The translations under genes were made by a program, and so were the position numbers. The notes below the pieces were generated by a model. The model was not told the origin of the DNA, ran no database searches, and saw only the letters and a program-made list of their open reading frames with translations. A stretch of DNA of 61,564 bases, filler included. It is 3 parts of 3 records of this genome, joined end to end, with 100 filler letters (N's around TTAATTAATTAA, not from the genome) between each part and the next. Parts side by side here need not be neighbours in the genome. Positions count along the whole stretch, not along the records: positions 27,214 to 52,832 come from DRR723986_9977; 2 more parts are not named here. One strand, 5' to 3'. Shown piece after piece: positions 27,244-36,199 of the stretch (the stretch's first letter is position 1; each line of letters starts with the position of its first letter).

Positions 27244-27346
27244 TCTCGAATTCGCTAGAGTTAGCCATATTAGAAGACGAGTTTGTTCTGGTGGTAAAAT
27301 AAATGAGGTTACTCAAAAAAGTAAATTGCTAATCAATCATTCTTTC

Positions 27347-29440
27347 ATGACTAAAACCAAAGGAAAATCAGGAAAACTACTCCTACTTGTACTGCTTTTC
27401 TTCAGTTTCTACGCTCAAGCACAGATTATTGCTCCGCCAAAATGGACGATTTCAATCGAGCCAAAAAGTCTGGTTCAAGGTGAAGAGGCTAAGTTGGTAT
27501 TCGAAGCACAAATTCCAATTGGTTGGTATATCTATGCCAATGATTTTGATCCGGATCTAGGTCCGATTTTGGCAACTTTGGAGTTGGATAATTCTGAAGA
27601 ATATACTTTGACAGGTGGTTTTAAAGCCATTGATTCCAAGACAAAATATGAAGATATCTGGGAAGGTGATGTAAAGTATTTTATAGGTAAAGGGAGGTTT
27701 GAGCAATTATTTAGCCCTAAAAGTACCTCAGGAAAGATTACCGGAACGCTGGCATATCAAATGTGTTCTGATGTCTCAGGTAAGTGTGTTAATTATGATC
27801 TTGATATAGAGACTGAATTCGAGGCTAGTGAGCCTGCTATTACCTCAACTCCTTCAGAAAGTACTGTTCTAGCAATAGATTCAGTTTCTTCTTCTGATTC
27901 TGAGACAGAGGATGCTCCTTTTGGTATCCAAGAAAATCAGGTGGATGAGCCAGTTGCTACTTCTTCTGAACCCATTGAAATTGTTGCAGTTCAGGAGAGT
28001 GAATCTCTTTGGGGATTTATGGTTTTAGCTTTCTTGGCTGGCTTGGCCGCTTTGCTTACTCCCTGTGTATTTCCAATGATACCGATGACTGTAAGTTTCT
28101 TTACTGGCCGTGCTGGGAGCAAAGCAACAGGAATACGAAATGCCATCATTTATGGCTTGTCGATTATTGCTATTTATACAATTGCTGGAACCGCAGTGGC
28201 CGCTATTCAAGGTCCTGAATTCGCCAATTGGCTCGCAACACATTGGCTTCCGAATCTTTTTTTCTTCGGGATTTTTATCTTTTTCGCCTTGGCTTTTCTT
28301 GGGATGTTTGAGATTACTTTGCCTTCTGGCTTTGTAAACAAAGTAGATGAAAAGGCTGAAAAAGGTGGTTTGACAGGGATTTTCTTTATGGCATTCACAC
28401 TCGTGTTAGTGTCGTTTTCCTGCACAGGCCCTATCGTTGGATCTATTTTGATCTCTTCGGCTGGTGGAGAATTGATTAAACCGATTCTGGGAATGTTTGC
28501 ATTCTCCCTAGCCTTTGCAATTCCATTTACGCTGTTTGCTATTTTCCCTGAATGGATGAATCGCTTGCCGAAGTCCGGTGGTTGGTTGAATTCTGTGAAA
28601 GTGGTTTTGGGATTTCTAGAACTGGCTTTAGCTTTCAAATTCCTTTCCATCGCTGATCTGGTATATCACTGGGGGATTCTTGACCGTGATATTTTCCTGA
28701 TTATTTGGATTGTGATTTTCTCTGGATTGGGACTTTATCTTTTGGGTAAAATTCGCCTTCCACACGATTCACCTATGGAGACCATAGGTGTGCCAAGACT
28801 ACTTTTGGCTTTGGCAACTTTCATGTTTGTGCTTTACATGATTCCAGGTCTTTTTGGAGCGCCGCTGAAATACCTAAGCGGTTACCTTCCTCCTATGTCC
28901 ACCCAGCAGTTTAAAATGACTGGTGGGCAAAGTATGGTTGAGGCTGGAGAGAATATCCTGGGTGAACCAGTAAAATATGCAGATATCCCACTGGAAATAC
29001 CTCTCGGCATTGAGGGTTATTTTGATTATGAGCAAGCAATGAGAGCTGCAAAAAAAGCAAATAAGCCACTTCTCATTGACTTCACTGGGCATGGATGCGT
29101 GAACTGCCGAAAGATGGAGGAAAACGTCTGGGTAGATCCGCATGTTTTGAAGAGGCTGAAAGAAGATTTTGTCATGGTGGCACTCTATATCGATGAGCGT
29201 TTGGAGCTTCCTGAAAGCGATTGGTACACCTCAGAATATGACGGAAAAGTCAAGAAGACTTTGGGTAAGCAAAATGCTGATTTCCAGATTACCCACTTTC
29301 AAAACAATGCGCAGCCTTACTATGTGATCCTAGATCATAGTGAAAATCTCCTCGCTCAGCCTAGGGGATATGAAACCGATATACAGGAATTTGTTGAGTT
29401 TTTAGACGGAGCGAAAGAGAGGTTTAAGCAAACGAATTAA
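27347..29440 (+). CDS. dsbD: Thiol:disulfide interchange protein DsbD (Bacteroidota type)
   Basis: Signal peptide and N-terminal domain 'CSDVSGKC'; TM cysteines 'TPCVFPM' and 'SCTGP'; thioredoxin 'GCVNCRKME'. Confidence 0.9.
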   Translation: MTKTKGKSGKLLLLVLLFFSFYAQAQIIAPPKWTISIEPKSLVQGEEAKLVFEAQIPIGWYIYANDFDPDLGPILATLELDNSEEYTLTGGFKAIDSKTKYEDIWEGDVKYFIGKGRFEQLFSPKSTSGKITGTLAYQMCSDVSGKCVNYDLDIETEFEASEPAITSTPSESTVLAIDSVSSSDSETEDAPFGIQENQVDEPVATSSEPIEIVAVQESESLWGFMVLAFLAGLAALLTPCVFPMIPMTVSFFTGRAGSKATGIRNAIIYGLSIIAIYTIAGTAVAAIQGPEFANWLATHWLPNLFFFGIFIFFALAFLGMFEITLPSGFVNKVDEKAEKGGLTGIFFMAFTLVLVSFSCTGPIVGSILISSAGGELIKPILGMFAFSLAFAIPFTLFAIFPEWMNRLPKSGGWLNSVKVVLGFLELALAFKFLSIADLVYHWGILDRDIFLIIWIVIFSGLGLYLLGKIRLPHDSPMETIGVPRLLLALATFMFVLYMIPGLFGAPLKYLSGYLPPMSTQQFKMTGGQSMVEAGENILGEPVKYADIPLEIPLGIEGYFDYEQAMRAAKKANKPLLIDFTGHGCVNCRKMEENVWVDPHVLKRLKEDFVMVALYIDERLELPESDWYTSEYDGKVKKTLGKQNADFQITHFQNNAQPYYVILDHSENLLAQPRGYETDIQEFVEFLDGAKERFKQTN

Positions 29441-30714
29441 TCTTGCTTCATTTTATAAGTCAGCAATCTAGGATTCACAATTAACTGTACCCAACCCCAG
29501 TTATTGGTGTTTTCTGAACTTGTTCCGCCTTTCACAGCACTCATACTTTCCGTGGCAAATAGCTGAGAGTAACCCACATTCATTTTCACATATTTTCCCA
29601 GCGAGTTACCATAAACCAAGTCAAGCTCTGTTCCCAGATTTTGTGATAAATCGTTTGCCATTTCACCGTTGGCAAAAAACACGTGAGCATTCAGACCCAA
29701 AGTGGATTTCTCTCCAGTTGGTAAGGCTATTTTTCCATAGACATCATTCAGTCCTACATTGTTGGCATGATTTCCCACGTAGAAATAATCCATGTATCCA
29801 TTGAATTTATGGTTGGTGCCATAAAGCGGGAAGAAGGATTTATTCTTTTCTTCCCCAGCTTGATCTGTCCCACTCAATGACTCAAAACCCCCAATTAAAG
29901 TCACTTTTCCAGCTTTATATTTTGCCTCAACCATGTACTGGTAGGCACTCAGATCTGTGGAGGCATTTGCCTTTCCAGTCTGCAAATAAGCTGAACCCGT
30001 AATAGTGAGAGCAGAAAGCGGGAAGGTAAAGTAAGTGCCTGTAGTCTGGCGGTAATAAAGTCCGTCTGTCTGAGGAACAGGATCGCTGCTGTACTTCTGA
30101 AAACCATTATTCATAAAGAGAAAGCTAATCGATCCTTTGTCCCATGACTTAGTAAGGTGAGCCATTTGCATGGTTTTGTAGGAGAAAAAACCAGTAATAG
30201 TGTAGTCACTACCTATGGTTTTTTGGTTCTCTTGATTGTAAGCAAAAGCTAAATCTAGCTTGAACTGATCTTTAGAATACTGAATCATTGCCGCATCATG
30301 AAATCTTCCCTGCATCGCCCAATCCACTCCACCAAGTATTCTCTGATCGTCATATGAAATCGTTTGACGGCCAAGCTTTAATGCCCAGTTTGGAGTAAAA
30401 GAATAGCGAAGCCAAGCCTGAAAAAGGCCAAAAGAGTCATTTCCATCTGCAGCACTGAGTTGCTGGGTGTCGCCCCAAGTACTTACGTCCTGTACACTTA
30501 AATAGAGGCTTAGCTTTTCGTCTTGAAAACCCAAATTGAGTCTAGATCGCTGCGTTACAAATGCTGCAGGTTTTCCATTATCTGGGAATAGGCTACCAAA
30601 GCCGTGTCTATATTCAAACCGAGGACGTATGTCCGCGTCTAATGTGAATTCCTGAGCCAATACAATTTGATGGTATGCTACGAAGGCAAGAATTAGCGTA
30701 AAAATCTTTTTCAT
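29437..30714 (-). CDS. Outer-membrane beta-barrel, alginate export (AlgE-like) family
   Basis: Signal peptide from ATG 30714 (MKKIFTL...AQ), 'RPRFEYRHG', 'KLGRQTISYDDQRILG', 'PLYGTNHKFNGYMDYF'; alternating aromatic beta-strands. Confidence 0.75.
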   Translation of the reverse strand: MKKIFTLILAFVAYHQIVLAQEFTLDADIRPRFEYRHGFGSLFPDNGKPAAFVTQRSRLNLGFQDEKLSLYLSVQDVSTWGDTQQLSAADGNDSFGLFQAWLRYSFTPNWALKLGRQTISYDDQRILGGVDWAMQGRFHDAAMIQYSKDQFKLDLAFAYNQENQKTIGSDYTITGFFSYKTMQMAHLTKSWDKGSISFLFMNNGFQKYSSDPVPQTDGLYYRQTTGTYFTFPLSALTITGSAYLQTGKANASTDLSAYQYMVEAKYKAGKVTLIGGFESLSGTDQAGEEKNKSFFPLYGTNHKFNGYMDYFYVGNHANNVGLNDVYGKIALPTGEKSTLGLNAHVFFANGEMANDLSQNLGTELDLVYGNSLGKYVKMNVGYSQLFATESMSAVKGGTSSENTNNWGWVQLIVNPRLLTYKMKQD

Positions 30715-30744
30715 AGTTCGAGTGTTAGTGGTTAAATCTCGAAC

Positions 30745-30799
30745 CAAATATAAGTATAAATACTTATTATACTTTAAATAAAATACGTATAAATACTAA
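30745..30799 (-). promoter_or_regulatory. Promoter/operator of the barrel gene: -7 box plus two TAMGTA-N4-TACKTA-type palindromes
   Basis: TATATTTG (-7, 30745-30752, minus strand) overlaps ATAAGTA-TAAA-TACTTAT (30750-30767); second copy TACGTA-TAAA-TACTAA at 30784-30799. Confidence 0.75.
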
Positions 30800-30877
30800 G
30801 TTTTATATTTTCTGGAATTTCTAACATTTCTTCTCGAATCGATTTAAATGCTTCCACTGAATACAGATCACTGCTCA

Positions 30878-32320
30878 CTATTCAACTTGCTTTTCAAAAG
30901 TCTTTTTCACAAACTTCGATTTAGGAGCTTCGCAAAGAGAGCAAAGGTAGGTTTCAGGTAAGTCCTCAAATGCAGTCAATGGAGCTATTTTCTGAACCAA
31001 ATCTCCGTATGCTGGATCATAAACTGTGAGGCAATCCGAGCATTGATAAGCTTCAGTTTTTATAGTCTCCTTTGGAGTAGCCAATTTTTTGGAACCCTCT
31101 GGCTTTTTTCCCAACTGCTCGAAGTACATCTTACTTAGCTCGATCAAAAGTCCCGGCAATTCTACCTTATCCACTTCTTGTACGTAGACGATGTATTGCT
31201 GTGAGTTTGGATCAAAGTTTTTTGCATAAAGAAGATTGTACGTATTTCGGATTTTGATTCCTTCCAATCCCTCCGGTAGCTGATTTTTCTCTATGATGAT
31301 GGAGGTGAAATAATATGCCTTTCTGGTGTAATCAGTGATTCCAAAAGTAAGTCCGTAAGTACTGATGTCGCGCTTGTCAAAGTTGTCAACAAGATACTCT
31401 TTGAGTTTCAGCGCAGATTTATTGTTGACAGGAAGATGCCAATTCAGCTCCAGCATGGAGTGACGTACATTGATTCCGTAACGGCCCAGCAGTCTTTCCC
31501 ATTCGATTTTTGTGTTTTCAGGAATTCCTTTAATGATAATGGATTTCCAGGGCGTGATGGAGATTTTTCCGATTCGGCTGTCCGCACAGAGGTCACAGAG
31601 CACCTTCAAAAAGTCTATGTAGTACTTATTATTTCTCCAATACAATCCCAGCCAATAGCGATCGTCTCCCACACGATTGATGCCTTCGTAGTAGGGAAAC
31701 GGGTAAAAGGGAACTTCAAGTGGAGTGTCCACTGTACGGTTATTGGAATCCACAGCGTCATTCACCAACTCAAATAGAAACTCCACATCGGCTGGCTCTT
31801 CCTTCAAAATCTCTTCAATTGCCGCAGCTACTTTTGCTATATCCCAACTGTAGATAAGCGCTGGGTACATCATTGTCTCTTCCCATTCTGGCAGACGGAC
31901 GTACAGATACCAGTAATCCTCGTGTGCAGAAGCTATGAAATTCAAATGCCCCGTGAAAAGTGGTACAAGGCGCTGTTTGGGGTCTGTAATGTTGATTTTG
32001 AGGTTTGGCTGTACTCTGAATTGTTCCAAAATATACAGATAGCGATCCCCAGTCAGCCAAGGGGTGTTAGGAAAAATGTCTGATGAAACGTAAGAAGAAA
32101 CAATATTTTCCACCCCCAATTTCTCCGGAGACACCAATTGAAATTTATCCTGAGAATCAATTTCCAGCGTATCATCATCTTTGATAAAGAGAATATCTTG
32201 ACGAGAGCCCAATGAAATAGTGTCCAAACCGGCACTTTCTGCTAGTTCCAAAATCTGCTTTAATTCTGCGGGTGAAAGTACTCCCCCTTTCACCACTACT
32301 CTAGAATAAGTCTGTTTCAT
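30878..32320 (-). CDS. Nitrite/sulfite-reductase-fold protein lacking the siroheme/4Fe-4S cysteines, with a C-terminal rubredoxin
   Basis: N-terminus aligns by eye with the C-terminal domain of NirB in this window; C-terminal 'YQCSDC...LPETYLCSLCEAPKSKF'; ATGA overlap with nasA. Confidence 0.75.
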   Translation of the reverse strand: MKQTYSRVVVKGGVLSPAELKQILELAESAGLDTISLGSRQDILFIKDDDTLEIDSQDKFQLVSPEKLGVENIVSSYVSSDIFPNTPWLTGDRYLYILEQFRVQPNLKINITDPKQRLVPLFTGHLNFIASAHEDYWYLYVRLPEWEETMMYPALIYSWDIAKVAAAIEEILKEEPADVEFLFELVNDAVDSNNRTVDTPLEVPFYPFPYYEGINRVGDDRYWLGLYWRNNKYYIDFLKVLCDLCADSRIGKISITPWKSIIIKGIPENTKIEWERLLGRYGINVRHSMLELNWHLPVNNKSALKLKEYLVDNFDKRDISTYGLTFGITDYTRKAYYFTSIIIEKNQLPEGLEGIKIRNTYNLLYAKNFDPNSQQYIVYVQEVDKVELPGLLIELSKMYFEQLGKKPEGSKKLATPKETIKTEAYQCSDCLTVYDPAYGDLVQKIAPLTAFEDLPETYLCSLCEAPKSKFVKKTFEKQVE

Positions 32321-35300
32321 ACCAGTACTTTTGATTGGTGAAGAATCTCTCTTACCTCTGTTTTACAACTTCCGCAACCCAAACCAGCTCCTGTTTGCTG
32401 ACAAAGTGTAGTGAAGTCTGTGCATCCTCCTGCTATAGCTTCCTGGATATTTCCTTCGCCTACACGGCTACAGCTACATACTAATTTTCCTATTACTGGC
32501 CTTGTATCAGAAGATCCCATTAACAAGGATTTTCGTTTTTCAGAAAGCTCAATTTTGTTTTCGATAAGGGATTTGAACTCAGCAAATTCATTTTTATCCC
32601 CCATCAGCACAGCGCCAATTAGCAAGTCATCTTTGACAATACACTTCTTGTAATAACGCCGACTCATGTCAGCGAAAATGATTTCCTCGTAGGAGTCGTC
32701 ATTTTCAGGAATGAGAATATCTCCAATGCTGCAAAGTTCCAGATCCTTAAATTTCAGAATGTTCATCAGCACGGATCCGCTATAAATGCTACTCACATCA
32801 CCAGCGATATAATTTGCCAAAACCATAGCTTGCTCCTCAGCAGCAGAAGTGATTCCGAAGAGTTGATTTTGGAATTCTGCGATCTCGCCTATGGCAAAAA
32901 TGTTAGGATAATTGGTCTGTAAGTGCTGATTGACCTTGATGCCACGACCACATAAAATCCCGTTATCCCGGGCAATTTTGATATTCGGCTGAGTGCCAAT
33001 GGCGTAAACTACTGCATTGGCGTAAATGATTTTTCCGCTTTTCAGCGTGATGGAAAGCGACTTGTGTTCTTCATCATCGAAAACTGTGCTCACTTCGTTG
33101 TCGAAATACACGTGAATTCCACGCTCCTGCACATCCAATGAAAGCAGCTTGCTGGAAACCTCATCCAGTTGTCGTTCCATGAGTCTGGAAGCGCGCTGTA
33201 CGATGGTCACTTTTACACGATTGTGCTGTAAGGCCGCAGCAAGTTCTAGTCCCAACAAGCCACCGCCGATAATCACGACATGCTGATTTTCAGGTGGTAA
33301 CTTGGTCGAGTCTAAGTAATCTTTGAATCGATCCGCATCAATTTTACTTCGCATAGTGAATCTACCAGGCAGGTCTAGCTGAGCATCTTTCGGTATAAAA
33401 GCTCTACTTCCTGTAGCTAGGATCAACTTGTCAAAAGGATATTCTTGCCCATTATCGTCAACCACCACCTGCTTTTCAGGATCGATCTTTTCTATGGAAA
33501 GGCCAGTATGAAGAGAGATTTTAAGCTTCTGAAGCTCATATTCCTTTATCTTCTGAAGCTGCTCCCAAGTCAGTTCTTCGGTCACATATTCCGGTAATAG
33601 AACCCTGTTGTAGAACGGATGGGGTTCCTTCGAAAATACATGAATCTGATCGGAATCATTATGCTCACGGTAATTTTGGATAAAGCGGAAAGCGGCGGCT
33701 CCGGCACCCACAACCACTATTTTCTCTTTTTCTTTTTTGTATTTGGATACTGATACCGTCGTAAATTTAAAATCCGGTTCCTTGGATTGAGGATCGACTA
33801 CAGTTTTGGTCAGGTTATTCGCACGGTTTAGATCCGATTGCAATTGCTTCCCCCAGTGCATCGGTAGGAAGACCACGCCTTCTCGAATGCTTTTGGAAAG
33901 TTTTGCCTTTACTCTCACTACGCCATTCTTGCTTTTCACCTCTACCACATCTCCGTCTTTCACCTTGTCCAAATAGGCATCTATGGGATTGATTTCCAGT
34001 ACTGGACTTGGGTAATGTGTGCGAAGTCGGGATACTTTTCCTGTCTTAGTCATCGTATGCCATTGATCACGAACACGGCCGGTAGTAAGAATCAAAGGAT
34101 ATTCCTTGCTCGTTTTTTCGGAAGTATTGGCGATCTGAGCAGGGATATTGAAGATCGCTTTTTGAGTCGGTGTATAGAATTTATTGTCTGAAAATAGTCG
34201 CGCGGTTCCTGTGTGTCTGTATTCTGGAACAGGCCATTGGAATGTTCCTTCATTTTTCAACCGATCGTAATTCAGAAAGGAAATATCGATGTTCGTGCCT
34301 TTGGTCATCGCACAATATTCCTCATATATTTCCTCCGTATTGTTGTAATTAAAGCCTCGGAAACCCATTCTACGGGCAAAATCGCAAAGTATCTCTACGT
34401 CAGGTCTAGCTTCTCCTGGAGGATTGATTCCTTTGTTCAGGTAAGAAATCCTACGCTCGGAATTCGTCATCGTGCCTTCTTTCTCCAGCCATCCTGCCGC
34501 TGGCAGAACCAAATCTGCGTATTCAACCGTGTCAGCTTTGTGGGAAATATCCTGGACGACTACGAACTTGGCATTTTTCATCGCCTTTTCGATTTTCTTT
34601 GAATTCGGCAAACTCACCATAGGATTGGTACAGATGATCCATACGGCCTTCAATTCCCCACTTTCCAAAGCATCAAACATTTCAGTGGCAGATAATCCAG
34701 GTTCTGGAGAAATCTCATTTACGCCCCAAAAATTCGCGACTTCCTGTCGGTGTACAGGATTATTCAAGTCCTTGTGAACAGCCAGTAAACTCGCCATTCC
34801 ACCTACTTCACGTCCGCCCATGGCATTTGGCTGACCTGTGAGCGAGAAAGGACCATTGCCAGGTTTCCCGATTCTGCCAGTTACCAGCGAAAGATTGAGC
34901 AGGGAAAAGTTCTTATCTGTACCGATGGCGCTTTGGTTCAGGCCCATTGCCCACATGCTGATAAATCCTTTGGATTCGCCGATGATCTCGGCTACTTTTT
35001 TAATGTCGTCAACAGAAATTCCGCAGAGTTTTGAAGCTTCTTTCAAGGAAGTTGACATCACTTGCTTGCGGTACTTCAGGTAGTTTTCGGTGTGTTTTTC
35101 TATGAATTCTTTATCTGCCAGTCCGATGTCGATGATTCTACGGCCGATGGCATTGTATAAAATAATGTCCGTACCGGGAATGATTTGCAGGTGAATATCT
35201 GCGAAAGTAGCAGAATCAGTCTTGCGTGGATCTACCACGATAATCTTCACATTCGGATTTTTCTCCTTATGCTTTTCCAATCTGCGAAAGAGGATGGGAT

Positions 35301-35841
35301 GACACCAGGCAGGATTTGCGCCAGCGATCAAAAAAGCATCAGCCAACTCTATGTCTTCATACGAAATAGGAACTGAGTCTTCTCCGAATGTCTTCTTATA
35401 GGCAACTACCGCCGAGCTCATGCACAACCGACTGTTTGTGTCGATGTTATTTGTCCCCAAAAAGCCTTTTGTAAGCTTATTGGCGATGTAATATTCTTCA
35501 GTAAGGCATTGTCCTGAAATGTAAAAGCCTACACTGTTTGGTCCGTATTTCTGAATCAAAGACTTGAAAACACCAGCAGCTCTGTCGAGTCCTTGGTCCC
35601 AGCTCACCCGCTCCCGAGGATGAGATCTACTCCAACGCATCTCAGGATAGAGAATTCTATCCGAAGTATCGTTTACCACGTAGTGCAGATTACGGCCCTT
35701 GGAGCAAAGCATGCCCTGGTTCACAGGATGATTCTGATCACCTTCGACCTGAACTTTGTTTTGAGAGTCCACCTCAGCAACTATTCCGCAGCCAACGCCG
35801 CAGTAAGAACAAGTGGTTTTGATTTTTTTATCTGGGATCAC
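32317..35841 (-). CDS. nasA: Assimilatory nitrate reductase catalytic subunit fused to a FAD/NADH diaphorase and a BFD-like [2Fe-2S] domain
   Basis: 'CSYCGVGC...C' 4Fe-4S motif, 'NSRLCMSS' Mo ligand, 'LTTGRVRDQWHT'; then 'VVGAGAAA', 'IIGGGLLGLE', and 'CSC...CGSC'; no Tat signal; GTG start. Confidence 0.9.
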   Translation of the reverse strand: MIPDKKIKTTCSYCGVGCGIVAEVDSQNKVQVEGDQNHPVNQGMLCSKGRNLHYVVNDTSDRILYPEMRWSRSHPRERVSWDQGLDRAAGVFKSLIQKYGPNSVGFYISGQCLTEEYYIANKLTKGFLGTNNIDTNSRLCMSSAVVAYKKTFGEDSVPISYEDIELADAFLIAGANPAWCHPILFRRLEKHKEKNPNVKIIVVDPRKTDSATFADIHLQIIPGTDIILYNAIGRRIIDIGLADKEFIEKHTENYLKYRKQVMSTSLKEASKLCGISVDDIKKVAEIIGESKGFISMWAMGLNQSAIGTDKNFSLLNLSLVTGRIGKPGNGPFSLTGQPNAMGGREVGGMASLLAVHKDLNNPVHRQEVANFWGVNEISPEPGLSATEMFDALESGELKAVWIICTNPMVSLPNSKKIEKAMKNAKFVVVQDISHKADTVEYADLVLPAAGWLEKEGTMTNSERRISYLNKGINPPGEARPDVEILCDFARRMGFRGFNYNNTEEIYEEYCAMTKGTNIDISFLNYDRLKNEGTFQWPVPEYRHTGTARLFSDNKFYTPTQKAIFNIPAQIANTSEKTSKEYPLILTTGRVRDQWHTMTKTGKVSRLRTHYPSPVLEINPIDAYLDKVKDGDVVEVKSKNGVVRVKAKLSKSIREGVVFLPMHWGKQLQSDLNRANNLTKTVVDPQSKEPDFKFTTVSVSKYKKEKEKIVVVGAGAAAFRFIQNYREHNDSDQIHVFSKEPHPFYNRVLLPEYVTEELTWEQLQKIKEYELQKLKISLHTGLSIEKIDPEKQVVVDDNGQEYPFDKLILATGSRAFIPKDAQLDLPGRFTMRSKIDADRFKDYLDSTKLPPENQHVVIIGGGLLGLELAAALQHNRVKVTIVQRASRLMERQLDEVSSKLLSLDVQERGIHVYFDNEVSTVFDDEEHKSLSITLKSGKIIYANAVVYAIGTQPNIKIARDNGILCGRGIKVNQHLQTNYPNIFAIGEIAEFQNQLFGITSAAEEQAMVLANYIAGDVSSIYSGSVLMNILKFKDLELCSIGDILIPENDDSYEEIIFADMSRRYYKKCIVKDDLLIGAVLMGDKNEFAEFKSLIENKIELSEKRKSLLMGSSDTRPVIGKLVCSCSRVGEGNIQEAIAGGCTDFTTLCQQTGAGLGCGSCKTEVREILHQSKVLV

Positions 35842-36097
35842 TACTCAGGTGTTAGAATTTGAATTTGGAAAATATGGATATCTGTAATGATGTCAGGCAT
35901 TTCATTTTCTTTGCTTAAAGGACGGAAGATCGAAGTGGCCTTAGATCTAGCGGTTAGCTTATTTTAGTATGATTTAATCTCGTTGCTAATTGAAATGCGA
36001 TATACATATGATTTATTATAATTATGAGCGTCTATGGTAGCCTGCTAGTAAAGAACTTAAACACCAGCGAGGGAGGCAAACATTAACATTGAAGTTG

Positions 36098-36120
36098 CTT
36101 CGGTCATCGGTCATCGGTCT
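36098..36120 (-). repeat. Heptamer tandem repeat (GACCGAT)n
   Basis: CTTCGGTCATCGGTCATCGGTCT, inverted relative to GACGGAAGATCGAAG at 35921-35935. Confidence 0.55.
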
Positions 36121-36130
36121 GGCCTTTATC

Positions 36131-36183
36131 AACAAAATAGCTCATCCGCAAGACAAATGGTCAACTGCAGAAGAGCTATTTTG
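36131..36183 (-). terminator. Long hairpin/terminator after the nitrate transporter
   Basis: CAAAATAGCTC...GAGCTATTTTG inverted repeat with an extended stem, starting 16 nt after the stop. Confidence 0.6.
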
Positions 36184-36199
36184 GGAGTGATGCTACAAG

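Noticed and set aside
29437-29440. Convergent stop-codon overlaps (dsbD/barrel; also SLC13/EAL at 57781-57793)
   Set aside because: Short tail-to-tail overlaps are common and carry no clear signal
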